Positions 52,996 through 64,000 of a DNA stretch of 64,000 nucleotides are shown here, in pieces. The notes below the pieces were generated by a model that saw only the letters and a program-made list of their open reading frames with translations, did no database searches and was not told the origin of the DNA. Position numbers and translations under genes: made by a program. Source of the stretch: Squalus acanthias (Eukaryota); the NCBI GenBank assembly GCA_030390025.1, contig JASTWF010000034.1, positions 4,216,001-4,280,000 of the forward strand, written 5' to 3'. Position 1 is the stretch's first letter; each line of letters begins with the position of its first letter.

Positions 52996-53663
52996 TGTTT
53001 TGTATGTGAGATGACTCAAGACTATTAATATAAGATGTATGTAATAAAGATGAACTTGATGTGTACGGATCTCCCTGCTCAAGGCAACGGCGCGAAACTT
53101 AACAATTGAAACCTGCATAACAGGAAAAACCCCCACAGAGACAGCATCGAAAACCCATCGAAACTCACCATCGAAACTCAAGAGCCATTAAAAGGTGTTA
53201 ACAAACAATTCACTTAATCAAGAAATGGCACCAGCCACTGCAGACAGACACATGTTCAAAGGAAAGCCAATCAAGAACTGCCATAAAACTGAGACCCAAT
53301 CCTTAGGTCTTAGCAATTTAGACTGGAGACAGTGGACTTAAAAAGACATAAAATAAGGAACCCAACGGCTCTCACTCTCTTTCTGGAGGACCGCTCGGAA
53401 AAACAGGAAGCCCTCCCTCTGCAGACCAGACCAAGAAGCGAGGAAAAAGGCAGCGTGCATTGCTTGACTCAGGGAAGTACAAGTCTGTTTAAATCGAACC
53501 CATTGCCTTACCTGTTGTAATCGAGTAGAGTCCATAGGATACCAGTAGGCTATTGTTTTGATGTGTATGAGTGTGTTTGTTTAATAAACTTATTCCAAGT
53601 TGTTTCAAATGAATTGGTCTTGCTGTCAATGTAATGCCAGTCGAAATAAAAAGCTTATAAAAC
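52996..53663 (+). repeat. Probable 5' LTR
   Basis: Starts tgtttt and ends aaaac; aataaa at ~53583 and ~53645; immediately followed by a tRNA-Pro-like PBS. No second LTR is available to confirm. Confidence 0.6.
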
Positions 53664-53681
53664 TTTTGGCTCGTCCAGGAT
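53664..53681 (+). promoter_or_regulatory. Degenerate tRNA-Pro primer-binding site
   Basis: ttttggctcgtccaggat vs canonical TGGGGGCTCGTCCGGGAT; 13 of the 3' 14 nt match. Confidence 0.7.
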
Positions 53682-56600
53682 CTGGCGAGACAGCTTTAGA
53701 TCATTCTTTTAAACAATTGGAAATTACGGGAGTTGTGATTCTGACCTGTGGAGCGAAGTTTAAAAATAAATTCAAAAGATGCAGGATGAAGGGTCGGGGG
53801 GCATACAAAAAGACAACAAAATACGTAGCTGTAGCCTTCCATGAGAACATATACGAAAAGGTATCCATAAGGGACTTACAAGAGTTACGGGCACGATGCA
53901 TCTGTAAGGGCCAACATGCAGTCCTTTGGGAAGCTCGTGTCATTTATCCAGGAGAGGGTAGATGAGGGAAAGCTAAGGCCCAAACAGGCAAATGGTCTCT
54001 TGGCATTCGGGGCACATTACTGTGCTCGGAGAGATGAGGAATTAATGAGGCAGGATGCAAAAGAGATTCGAGATTTAAAGGGAGAGATACAAGATTTAAA
54101 AGAACTAAAATTCAAAGAGATTCAACTAAAAGAAAAGGAGATTCAAAATATTAAAGAACAGAAAGAAGAAGGCATCCAGCTTGTTAGACAGTTAAAGGAG
54201 GGTGAAATGCAGCATTTGAGACAAGAAATCGATCGATTAGGCCACAGTATCAGGCAACTAGAAAGAGGAGCCGAGCAGGCAGCTTCGTTGCTACAGCAAC
54301 AAAGCCTCTCACATTTAAATGCAGGAGCAGCTGTCGCGGCAGCAAATGAAATCAAATTAAAATCAAGAAATATAAATTGGAAAACCTGGGGCTCCGGCAG
54401 GAAGTAGAAGACGTTAGGGGGGCATTAAGGGAAGCAATTAAGAAGCTACATAGGGAGGCAGACCACTCCCGGTGCCGCCTAGAAATAGCGCGGCTGAAGA
54501 GTAAATTAGGGCAGCAACAGGCTCTAGTATCCGCAGTAACACGGGGAGCCATAATAGAGACAACAGAAAGGGACGAGGGGAAGACAGATTTGGAAGAGGA
54601 AGGCAGTCAGTGTAATCCCCAGCAGGGCGGCGAAGGATAGGATACCTTGGAGACACAAGGGCCAACCGTAGCAGTAGTGAACACTTCTTTACAGCGTAAT
54701 GTGCATGATCACATGACGAGTAACCATACCGAATCAGGGCCCATATCTGGTGCTGACACCACGGCGTGTAGCCACGAGTTAGGGCCCTATTAATTTTGGG
54801 GACGACCCACTGGTCGTTAATAGGAGGTGGATTATTTCAGGAGGAATCGCCCCGAGTTAGAAGAGGCAGACTTAACACGAGTCTTCCTCTTGTCCTGTTC
54901 CACTTTTTAAAGAATAATCTGCCAGACGCGATCCTCCAGCGTGGCACAGCGACCGATGCTGTCGTGACCGAGATCCTAAACCATATAGGGATCTAAAACT
55001 TAACCTTAGTGGATTTGCTTAGTCAGACTAAACAGCGCCCAGATGAGACCCCGAGAGCGTTCAGTAATCGCCTGTACGATATCTATGAACGTCCCCAGAA
55101 CCAGGCACCCGCAAATGCTGCAGCAGGAAAGAATCAGGAACCATTCAAAACGATGTTCCTGACCCAGCTCCACTCTTTAGTTAAAACCACACTGGGTATA
55201 GCCCTGAGGCCCGCCGATCAGTGGACAGATATAGAGATTAACGTTCAAAGAGCCTGGGAGATGGTAAAAGACCAGTTAAAGGTGAAGTCACCACCCACCG
55301 CAAAGAATCAGTGTCAGCGGTGGAGGGATCTAGGTACTACCCCTTTAGAGGACAGTGGTTTAATTGTAAGAAGGAAGGTCACCTCGCAAAACACTGCAGG
55401 AGACCCAGACAGGCACCGGACCACGATGCAACGCATAGATCCCTCCCGACGGATGAACCCGAGCCCTCTGGGGTGGAACAACAATTGGCTCAGTTAGTTA
55501 CCCTTTTAAAAAGGACGAATTCAAGTCCTCTGGGACGGATCAATGATTGGACCAGTTGATAACCCTCATGAAAGCTCAAATTGTCACGGGGCGGGGGGGG
55601 GGGGGGGGATGCAAAATCATTTACCGGTGCACGCAATCGCCAGTGCACACCCATTGGAAATGCAAATTCCTATTGTCAATGCACACCCATTGGAGGGACC
55701 CCTGCAAGGATCCACCCTATGACGGGGATTGTCCCCTAACGATTGGTCGGAAGTGGGGTTCCGATATGATGGTAGCGGGAGACCAGTAGTCCTTGTTGTC
55801 TTAAAAGTGGACCGGCAGCAGATTATGCTTATAGACACTGGCTCAGCCGTTACCATCATCCACACCCCATACCCTGAACGCCATGCAGCGGCGGGCAAGG
55901 GTTGTATGGCCCTTAAAGGGTTTATTGGTGATACAACCACCGCGTATACAGGGAAGGCCTCTGAACTTCAGTTGGGAGGCCTCATCTGTAAGGTCCCAGC
56001 GCCGATGCTGATGACCACCCCCGACGGAAGGGGAATGTTAGGGACTGATGTGTTGGATCAATATGGCGCGGTAATAGATTACAATCGGGACTGTGTTTGG
56101 ATGGGATTGAGAAATAATGCAAAAGTGACAGAAATTTCAGATGCTCACGCTGTTTTTGCTATTATAATGCTATCCGAGTATGATCCTCCGGGGAGCGAAA
56201 ATGAAGCTGTGGCAAAACTAATTCAGGAACACCTAGCGGTGTTTGCCACGTGCAAGCACGATTGTGGAAAAATGGGAGGCGAAGAGTCTATTGAGGGACC
56301 CCCCCCACTCATTCACTAACAGTACCCCATCCCAAGGGAGAGTCACCCGAGACACCATAAAATCTCTAGTCGAGAAGGGTGTTGTTATGACAGGCACTTC
56401 CACAACCAATTCACCCACACGACTGGTTAAAAAGCCTGATAGCAGCTGGCGACTGACTATTGCCGACAGAAAGTTCAATTCTGTAACGCCAGCCTGCTCA
56501 CCGGTAGTAAGAGAAGCTCCCACCATATTATCTCAAATTGCTGCTGGTTCCAAGTACTTCTCGACCCTCGACATGGCCAATTGATTCTGGAGTTTCCCTG

Positions 56601-58723
56601 TTAAAAGGGAGGACCAGTTAAATTCACGATCACAGTTGAGGATCAGAGCTACACCTGGACATGCCTGCCTCAGGGGGTCCACAATGCCCCCCATGATCTT
56701 CCACTAAAGAATGGCTGCGGTTTTAAAATACTTTTCCCGCCCTACCTGCTTGCTACAGTATGTAGACGGTCTACTGCTGGCAACCGATAACATGGAGGAG
56801 CATCTGTCCCTTTTGCACGTACTGTTGACATTATTGGCTCAGGCGGGACTAAAGGTGAATCCCCGTAAGGCTCAGTTGGTAAAAGAACGGGTCACCTTTC
56901 TGGGAGTGTCCATTTCTCCAGAGGGAGCGTCCCCCGACTCCTTCAAGGTGGAGATAATGCAGCGACTACCATTACCCATTTCCAAAACAGCCCTACGATC
57001 ATTCTTGGGTTTGGTGGGCTACCAAAGGGACTTTATCCCAGGCTTTGCAGAATGCGCAAAGCCCCTGTATGATTTGATAAAACTGCAGGGTGATGACATA
57101 CGCCCGGCATGGACTAATGATCACACCCAGTCCGTGGCCATATTAAAAACTGCAGTGATACAGGCCGCATGTCTGATTCCTCCAGTCCCACGCAGCCCTT
57201 CCATTTGGAGGTCGGGGCCACAGAACAAAGCCTCGCCGCAGTTCTGTGCCAAACGCGAGCTGATCGACTACCGTCCATTGCATATGCGTCTGGAATCCTG
57301 CAGGGGGCAGAAAAGACGTACACCGCGTGCGAGCGCCACCTGCTGGCCGTCTTCTGGGCGGTACATCATTTTACCTTTATTTCTGGCTGCAAGCTACCAT
57401 CCTTCACAGAGCTCATACGCCTCTGAGCCTACTGATGAAACCTGGAGATTCGCTAGTTTCCTCGCAGCACCTCAGCAAATGGACATTGGAATTTATGGAA
57501 AGAGACATTGGTATCATTTCCAAACCCACCACATTGGTGCCACAATTTCTGGTTTATGCGGGGGAACCGCATGAATGTCCGCTACCCCTGATTAACTTTG
57601 AGACCCATCCTGTGCAGAAAGAGCCCATACAGGGAGCCCCAGATGTCTACGTCGATGGGTCCTCATATCACATCGAGGGATGCCCCCACACCGGGTATGC
57701 TGTGGTATTGCCAGAGACAACCGTCCAGCGATGATGCAACCGACAGTCCACACAATATGCAGAAATCGCCGCACTTCTAAGCACCGTGATAGAAACCTCA
57801 GATAGGCCCGTGAATATTTGGTCCGATAGTGCCTATGCTATAAACACCATGCTCTCCTTGCCCCTATACCACAAAAATGACTACCGTACAATTGACGGTA
57901 ACGAACTGGTCCATGGGGCCTGGTTACGCCTGCTCTGGTCATACCTTAAACAGCGATCCCATCCCTGTTTCATAGAAAATGTAGCAGCCCATAGAAAAGG
58001 TGTCCACAAAGTGAGGGAAATTCCAGAGCAGACAGAGCAGCCAAGGACGCTGCGATTTATGGGGAGATAGAGGATATAGTTGTTGAGCCCTGAAACGGCT
58101 CTCCAACATTCACCTAGATTTAAATTCCCTGCAGCAGCAATACTGGCCATACGCCGTTGTAAGCGCCTGGCACGAGGGAGGCAGATCCTTTCCTCAACCG
58201 ACAGCCTGGGACCCCAATACCAGACTAGCCACTGACCCTGACTCAGCGGAGTAGTTGGTGATGTTGAAAAGAAAGCCATACATCTGCCCGGTGTTGTGTG
58301 TTCCACCAGAGCTGGGTCAGGAACTGCTGTCCCTCTTTCACACCTACACAACGGCAGGGCACTATTCGGCCCTGGCAATCTTCAGTAAGTCAGCAACCAC
58401 AGCTTGGTGGTCTTCCATGAGGGAAACAATCAACCAAATGTGGCACCATGCCGACCGTGCCTGCAGCCCAATCCTCCCACGTGCACTAACCCAGCCTTGC
58501 TTCAAAGCGCGCCCCCACCTCAAGGGCCATGGACTCACCTCCAAATAGACGTCATTGGGCCACTTCCACAGGTTCAAGGCACTTCTTGGCATGCCCTAGT
58601 GGTGGTGGATCAATTCACAAAATGTATCGAAGAATTCCCCTTCCGCTCCAACACCGCAATCACGGATGACAAAACACTATTAAATCATATGTTATGTCGG
58701 TGGGGTGTAACGGTAAAAGTGAA

Positions 58724-59190
58724 CAAGGGAATATAGTTAATTGTTAATTTGACATGATGCCCTCTACAACTGGGAATAAAGTTACAGTTAATTGTTAATT
58801 TGACATGACACCCGCTACACCGGGAAATAAATTTACAGTTAATTGTTAATTTGACATGATGCCCCCTACACCTGGGAATAAAGTTACAGTTAATTGTTAA
58901 TTTGACATGATACCCTCTGCACTGGGGAATAAAGTTACAGTCAATTGTTAATTTGACATGATACACTCTACACCAGGGAATAAATTTACAGTTAATTGTT
59001 AATTTGACATGATTGCCTCTACACCGGGGAATAAAGTTACAGTTAATTTTTAATTTGACATGATGGCTTCTACAACTGGGAATAAATTTACAGCACGGAC
59101 TAAAGTTACGGTTAATTGTTAATTTGACATGACACCCTCTACACCAGCGAATAAAGTTACAGTTATTTGTTAATTAGGGTTGATACCCTC
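58724..59190 (+). repeat. 51-bp minisatellite (ACAGTTAATTGTTAATTTGACATGATGCCCTCTACACCGGGGAATAAAGTT)n
   Basis: ttgttaattt at 58741 and 58792. Confidence 0.93.
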
Positions 59191-59384
59191 TGTCGTAAGA
59201 ATGAGCCTTACGCATGGTGAACTTAAAGTAAGCTTTAATCAACTAAAAAGGTGCTACATACAAAAGAGGTCTTACTCTATGCCTCTCCAGGATCCAACTG
59301 ATCAGCCCAGTATTTATCCTGGACTAATCACAGGAAGTGATGTAATAAAGTTCAAGTCACAGGAAGCTGTATTGTGTTACCACA
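59191..59384 (-). repeat. 3' LTR
   Basis: Direct repeat of 63470-63663. Confidence 0.97.
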
Positions 59385-59451
59385 TTCCCCCCCCCCCCCC
59401 AAAAGATTAGGAGGCCGGGATGAAGTTCGAGTCACAGGAAGCTGTATTGTG

Positions 59452-61960
59452 TTACCACATTCTCCCTCCATTTCGTAGCCGCTGGACGAGGGAGAGCCGC
59501 ACCCATTTGGGTTCTCGTCGCGGTAGAGGGCCCCTAGCCTGTTTACCCGCCGCGGGTCGTGGACCAAAGTCCGAGTGATCCAGCACGCTCTGTGAGGGGT
59601 CAGGACGATCCTGACTGTGTACTGGCGCCCGAACGGGTGTCGGGCAGGGCTGTGGCAGATCCGTTTCCGAGCGTATGGTACGGGGTGGATCGTGGCTGCG
59701 TGTGCGAGCCCCGACGGGCTCATAGTCAGTCTGCCCCAGGTCGGCACGCTGGAGTGAGGTACCAGCCGGCGTCAGATCCAGATCGTGATGAGAGGCACCT
59801 GGCGAGCCCAGAGATGTGCCTGGTACAATATCATCCCCTGGTGTCCCTCTATGTTTCGGCGGGCAGCGAGCCAGATCCCGCAATGACACGGTAGATTCCC
59901 GACCGTCAGGATACCGAATATAGGCGTAGGTAGGGTTGACGTCAGTGAGCTCAACCTCATCTACCAGGGGGTCATTCTTAGACGCCCGAACATATCTTCG
60001 GAGTAGCACTGGTCCCGGTGCAGTCAGCCACGACGGGAGAGATATCCCATAGGGTGAGCGACGCTGAAATCGGAAGAACCGTTCATGAGGCGTCGTACTT
60101 GTGGCGGTCGAAAGGAGGGACCGTGTGGAGTGTAATGCGTCTGGAAGTACTGCTTCCCATTGCTGGTTGGGTAGGCCCCGAGATCTCAAAGCCAGACGTA
60201 CCGCATTCCAGATGATAGCGTTAAAACGCTCGACTTGCCCATTCCCGACCGGATGATAAGGCGTCGTTCTGCTGGCAGCAATACCCCGTTCCGAGAGATA
60301 GGCCTTGAGTTCTCCTGACATAAAAGAAGGGCCCCGATCCGAATGAACATAGGATGCCATGCCACAGAAAGCAAATACCTGCTCAAGGCAGCTGATAACC
60401 GTGTTCGTCAGCATATTGGGGCAGGGAAAGGCAAACGGAAAACGGGAATACTCATCGACCATGGTCAATAGATAAGTGTTGCGAGTTGAAGAGGGCAACG
60501 GCCCCTTAAAATCGATGCTAAGCCATTGCATTGGCTGGGTCGCATGTATGAGTATACCACCCGAGGGGCGGAAAAACTGAGGTTTCAATTCCGCACAGAC
60601 TCTGCAGTCCGAGCACATCTTCTTTACATCCCCGGTAGAGAATGGGAGATTTCGGGACCGCACGAAGTGTAGCATGCGAGTAACGCCCGGATGACACAAC
60701 CCATCATGGATGTCTACGAGCGTAGAGGGTGCCATAGCGGAGCAGAATGCTCGTGTGAGGGTATCCGGAGCCACATTCTCCTTGCCAGGTCGATAGTGGA
60801 TGGTGTAACCAAAAGAGGCCAATTCCAGCCGCCAAAGCTGGATTTTATTATTTTTAATTTTGGTCCGTTTTCGATTATCGAGCATGAAGGCGACCGATCG
60901 CTGGTCCGTGATTAAGTTAAAGTGCTGGCGAGCTAGGAGATGAGTCCACTTCCGTACTGCCTCTATGATGGCTGTAGCTTCTTTCTCGACTGGAGGATAA
61001 TGTAGCTCAGCCCCTTGAAAAGTCCTGGACAAAAATGCCACCGGACGACCTTCCTGATTCAGAGTGGCCGAGATCGCCACCTCCGAGGCATCACACTCAA
61101 CAACAAAAGGAAGACTCTCATTGATGGAGTGAAGAGCCGCTTTCTCCAACTGTTTTTTCAGGAGTTTAAAGGCTGCAACAGCCGCTGTGTCTAGTGGGAA
61201 TGTGCTGGCCTTCAGTAGAGGTTGGATTCGGTCCGAGAAGTTAGGAATCCATTTAGCATAGTATGCAAACAGGCCGAGGGCCCGGCGCAAGGAGGCCGGA
61301 TTCTTAGGTGGCGGGAGTTCTTGGAGTGGGCGAAGCCTTTCAGGGTCAGGTTTAATGATGCCATTGCCCACACAATAGCCAAGGATGTTGATGGTGGTTG
61401 TGACTCAATGGATTTAGCCGCATTTAATGTCAAATTACGGTGCTGGAGTGCATCCCAAAATCGTTGGAGATTGGCGTCATGTTCCCGCTGATTGCGACCT
61501 GCGACAGTAATATTGTCCAGATAAGGAAACGTATCCTTTAAGTCTTCCTGTTTGACCAGGTCATCCATTGCTCGCTGGAAGACAGCCACTCCATTAGTGA
61601 CCCCAAAGGGGAGGCGACGAAATTGATACAGCCGTCCATTGGCTTCAAAGGCCGTATACTGCTTGTCTGAGACCTTCAAGGGTACCTGATGATAGGCACT
61701 TTTCAGATCATATGTTGAGAACACCGTGTACTCAGCCAGTTTATTAACCATATCATCGATGCGCGGCAATGGGTATGCGTCCAAGTCCGTATATTGATTG
61801 ATGGTCTGTGAATAGTCAATGCACAGCCGTTTCTTGTGAGGTTGTAGAGGGTAACGACCTGGGCGCGCCATGGCGACGAACAAGGCTCGATGATATCCTC
61901 TGCTAAAAGCCGAGAAATCTCAGCCGCAATAAAAGACTGGTCTTCCTGACTGAAACGTCG
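59452..61960 (-). pseudogene. Gypsy pol (RT, RNase H, integrase) with frameshifts at ~61850 and ~61400
   Basis: RLCIDY, YPLPRID, DLKSAYHQ, PFGV, YLDN; VECDAS, TDQRS; HHCC, IDFKGP, HSDRG and NGQVER. Confidence 0.92.
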
Positions 61961-63391
61961 TTACTTTGTTATAATCAGTTTGCATCGAGGAGGGATACTG
62001 GTAAACAGTGAGGGTTCATCCAGTGAAGCTGCTGACAATGCACAGAACGGTAATCGAGGTCGTATATTAGAAATAGTGAGTTCAGGTTTGGATCCGCCGA
62101 ACTCAATGGTGAGCTTCTTATGCTGCTTTTGAAAATCTAGCCCTAAGATAAGATCACTACATAAGTCCTTGAGCACCGAAAGCCGGGTGGAGGGATACCT
62201 GTGACCATTAAGTGTTATTTCAACCATACAACAGCCAGAAATTCTGGTATTAAGTGATGACTGAGCCATCGCAATTGCCTGGTCCGATGGGAAAACATGT
62301 AGCTTTAACTCTGCAACAATCTGTTCCCTAATGAAACTATCAGTGCTACCTGAGTCAATTAAGGCATCTAAAGTATGTCCATTAATTGATGCTTTTGTAG
62401 CTGCATGGAATAGGTTCTGAGGACAAGCAGCTGTAATTGGTGTCGTTGCACAAAGAGTGGCTGAAACTCTAGGTGTGTTTCTTCGAGAGAAAACCCGAGA
62501 GGAAGCACGATAGATTTTAGCCGGAACATCTTGATAAGCCCTTACCGGGGCAGTTCGGTAGGACTTAGCTTGATAAGCCCTCGTAGAGGCTCTTGATAGG
62601 CAAACCTTTGCAAAATGACCGTTTTTGTTGCAATGACTGCAAAACGCATTGCGAGCAGGGCAGAATTTCCGAGGGTGGAACTCATCACCACAAAAGAAGC
62701 ATTTCTTCGATTGCCAAGAGGCTGCCACAGTGGGGTCATCATCCTCTTCATCAGTGAAGTCATCAGATTGATCGTCAGGGATAAAGACCTCCCTAATAGA
62801 GTTCACCTGTGGCCTCTTAAATTGCCTGACTGTAGTTAAGGCAGCAGACCGAGGTCTGGGCACTGTATAAAGGTCTGCATTTCTTTTTGCCAGATCTAGA
62901 GAGCAAGCCATGTCATAAGCTCTCTGAAGCTCAAGTGTCTTACTTTCCAGTAGACGCTGGCGTATAAATGGGGAGACAAGCCCGCAGATGAAAGCATCAC
63001 GGATCATTTCTTCACGGTACAGCTCAGCTGAGGCCGCCTGAAAGTTACAGTCCATACTAAGTCTGCGAAGCTCTTGGAGGAATTTATCAATGGATTCCTC
63101 CGGCCCTTGTTGGGCTGTAGCTAGTAGATGTCTGGCATAGACCTCATTCGGTGTCTTAGTATATAGTCTTTTAAGCGTCCGAATTGCCTCCTCGTAACTG
63201 CCCCATTCCTCGACATACTGAAATACATTCGGGGTGACACAGTTGATGAGTATCCGCAATTTTGAGTCATCATCAGCCTTGCAATATTCGAGAAAATTGT
63301 CAAACGTGCGATACCAGTGTTTCCACACCTTACCGGCTGCTGGGGTGTTTGGGTCCAAGTCAAGACGCGATGGTTTAATGATGTTTTCCAT
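61961..63391 (-). CDS. Gypsy gag-protease ORF, 476 aa
   Basis: Two Cys/His knuckles (CFFCGDEFHPRKFC, CSHCNKNGHFAKVC) and LIDSGS; the frame continues into RT past the TAA at 61961. Confidence 0.9.
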   Translation of the reverse strand: MENIIKPSRLDLDPNTPAAGKVWKHWYRTFDNFLEYCKADDDSKLRILINCVTPNVFQYVEEWGSYEEAIRTLKRLYTKTPNEVYARHLLATAQQGPEESIDKFLQELRRLSMDCNFQAASAELYREEMIRDAFICGLVSPFIRQRLLESKTLELQRAYDMACSLDLAKRNADLYTVPRPRSAALTTVRQFKRPQVNSIREVFIPDDQSDDFTDEEDDDPTVAASWQSKKCFFCGDEFHPRKFCPARNAFCSHCNKNGHFAKVCLSRASTRAYQAKSYRTAPVRAYQDVPAKIYRASSRVFSRRNTPRVSATLCATTPITAACPQNLFHAATKASINGHTLDALIDSGSTDSFIREQIVAELKLHVFPSDQAIAMAQSSLNTRISGCCMVEITLNGHRYPSTRLSVLKDLCSDLILGLDFQKQHKKLTIEFGGSKPELTISNIRPRLPFCALSAASLDEPSLFTSIPPRCKLIITK

Positions 63392-63469
63392 GATGGGTGA
63401 TTCCCTGGATCCTTAGTTCCGAGTTCGTCCAAAAAGTTTGAGTGCGAAGTTTTTCAAAGTTGATTAAAT

Positions 63470-63663
63470 TGTCGTAAGAATGAGCCTTACGCGTGGTGAA
63501 CTTAAAGTAAGCTTTAATCAACTAAAAAGGTGCTACATACAAAAGAGGTCTTACTCTATGCCTCTCCAGGATCCAACTGATCATCCCAGTATTTATCCTG
63601 GACTAATCACAGGAAGTGATGTAATAAAGTTCAAGTCACAGGAAGCTGTATTGTGTTACCACA
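63470..63663 (-). repeat. 5' LTR
   Basis: Direct repeat of 59191-59384, upstream of gag. Confidence 0.97.
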
Positions 63664-64000
63664 CCCTCCACACTGGGGAATACAGTTTCAGTTAATTGTA
63701 TATTTAGAAATGATGCCCTCTGCACAAGGGAATAAGTTTCAGTTAATTGTTAATTTGACATGATACCCTGTTTAACGGGGAACAAATTTACAGCTAATTG
63801 TTAGTTTTACATGATGCCCTCTACACCGGGGAATAAAGTTACAGTAAATTGCTAATTTGGCATGACACGCTCTACATCGGGAAATAAATTTACAGTTAAT
63901 TGTTAATTTGACATGATGCCCTCTACACCGGGGAATAAAGTTACAGTAAATTGTTAATTTGACATGACACCCTCTACACCGGGGAATAAAGTTACAGTTA
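63664..64000 (+). repeat. 51-bp minisatellite, continuing after the Gypsy insertion
   Basis: Same unit as 58724-59190. Confidence 0.93.

Larger units (their letters stand above)
52996..58722 (+). mobile_element. Decayed LTR retroelement: gag-PR-RT-RH-RH-IN, 3'-truncated
   Basis: Coiled-coil gag; knuckle WFNCKKEGHLAKHC; LIDTGS protease; LDMAN, LPQG and QYVDG RT motifs; two RNase H-like domains; HHCC and PWTHLQID integrase; many frameshifts. Confidence 0.9.
59191..63663 (-). mobile_element. Near-complete Ty3/Gypsy LTR retrotransposon, 4473 bp
   Basis: 194-bp TG...CA LTRs with 2 differences; 5-bp TSD CCCTC (59186-59190, 63664-63668); PPT at 59385-59400; order gag-PR-RT-RH-IN. Confidence 0.97.

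Overview
Repeat-saturated vertebrate DNA, probably from a cartilaginous fish (inferred from the repeat families). No intact host protein gene is visible. The window holds four tandem arrays (67-, 24-, 32- and 51-bp units), many CR1-type LINE copies including one with an ORF open up to the 200-N gap, and Penelope-like (PLE) fragments with minimal hammerhead cores. A ~6-kb block (Harbinger-type Myb/SANT element, CpG island, C2H2 zinc-finger pseudogene) is duplicated in inverted orientation (9219-15127 vs 31757-38117) around the 24-bp array and the gap. Three LTR elements are present: an internally deleted one with a perfect tRNA-Lys3 PBS, a decayed one with two RNase H domains (retrovirus/lokiretrovirus-like), and a near-complete young Ty3/Gypsy element. 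Best leads: (1) the Gypsy element has no tRNA PBS but an 11-nt site complementary to its own LTR, resembling Tf1 self-priming; (2) a ~440-bp fold-back PLE insertion whose inverted arm copied 19 nt of host flank; (3) the dual-RNase-H LTR element; (4) two unexplained hairpin-dense islands (42045-42310 + and 42876-43225 -) with strand-biased G-U pairing; (5) a 552-bp CpG-rich insert with a 15-bp TSD in one palindrome arm only. All calls were made by eye with no searches run, and boundaries are approximate unless given to the base.
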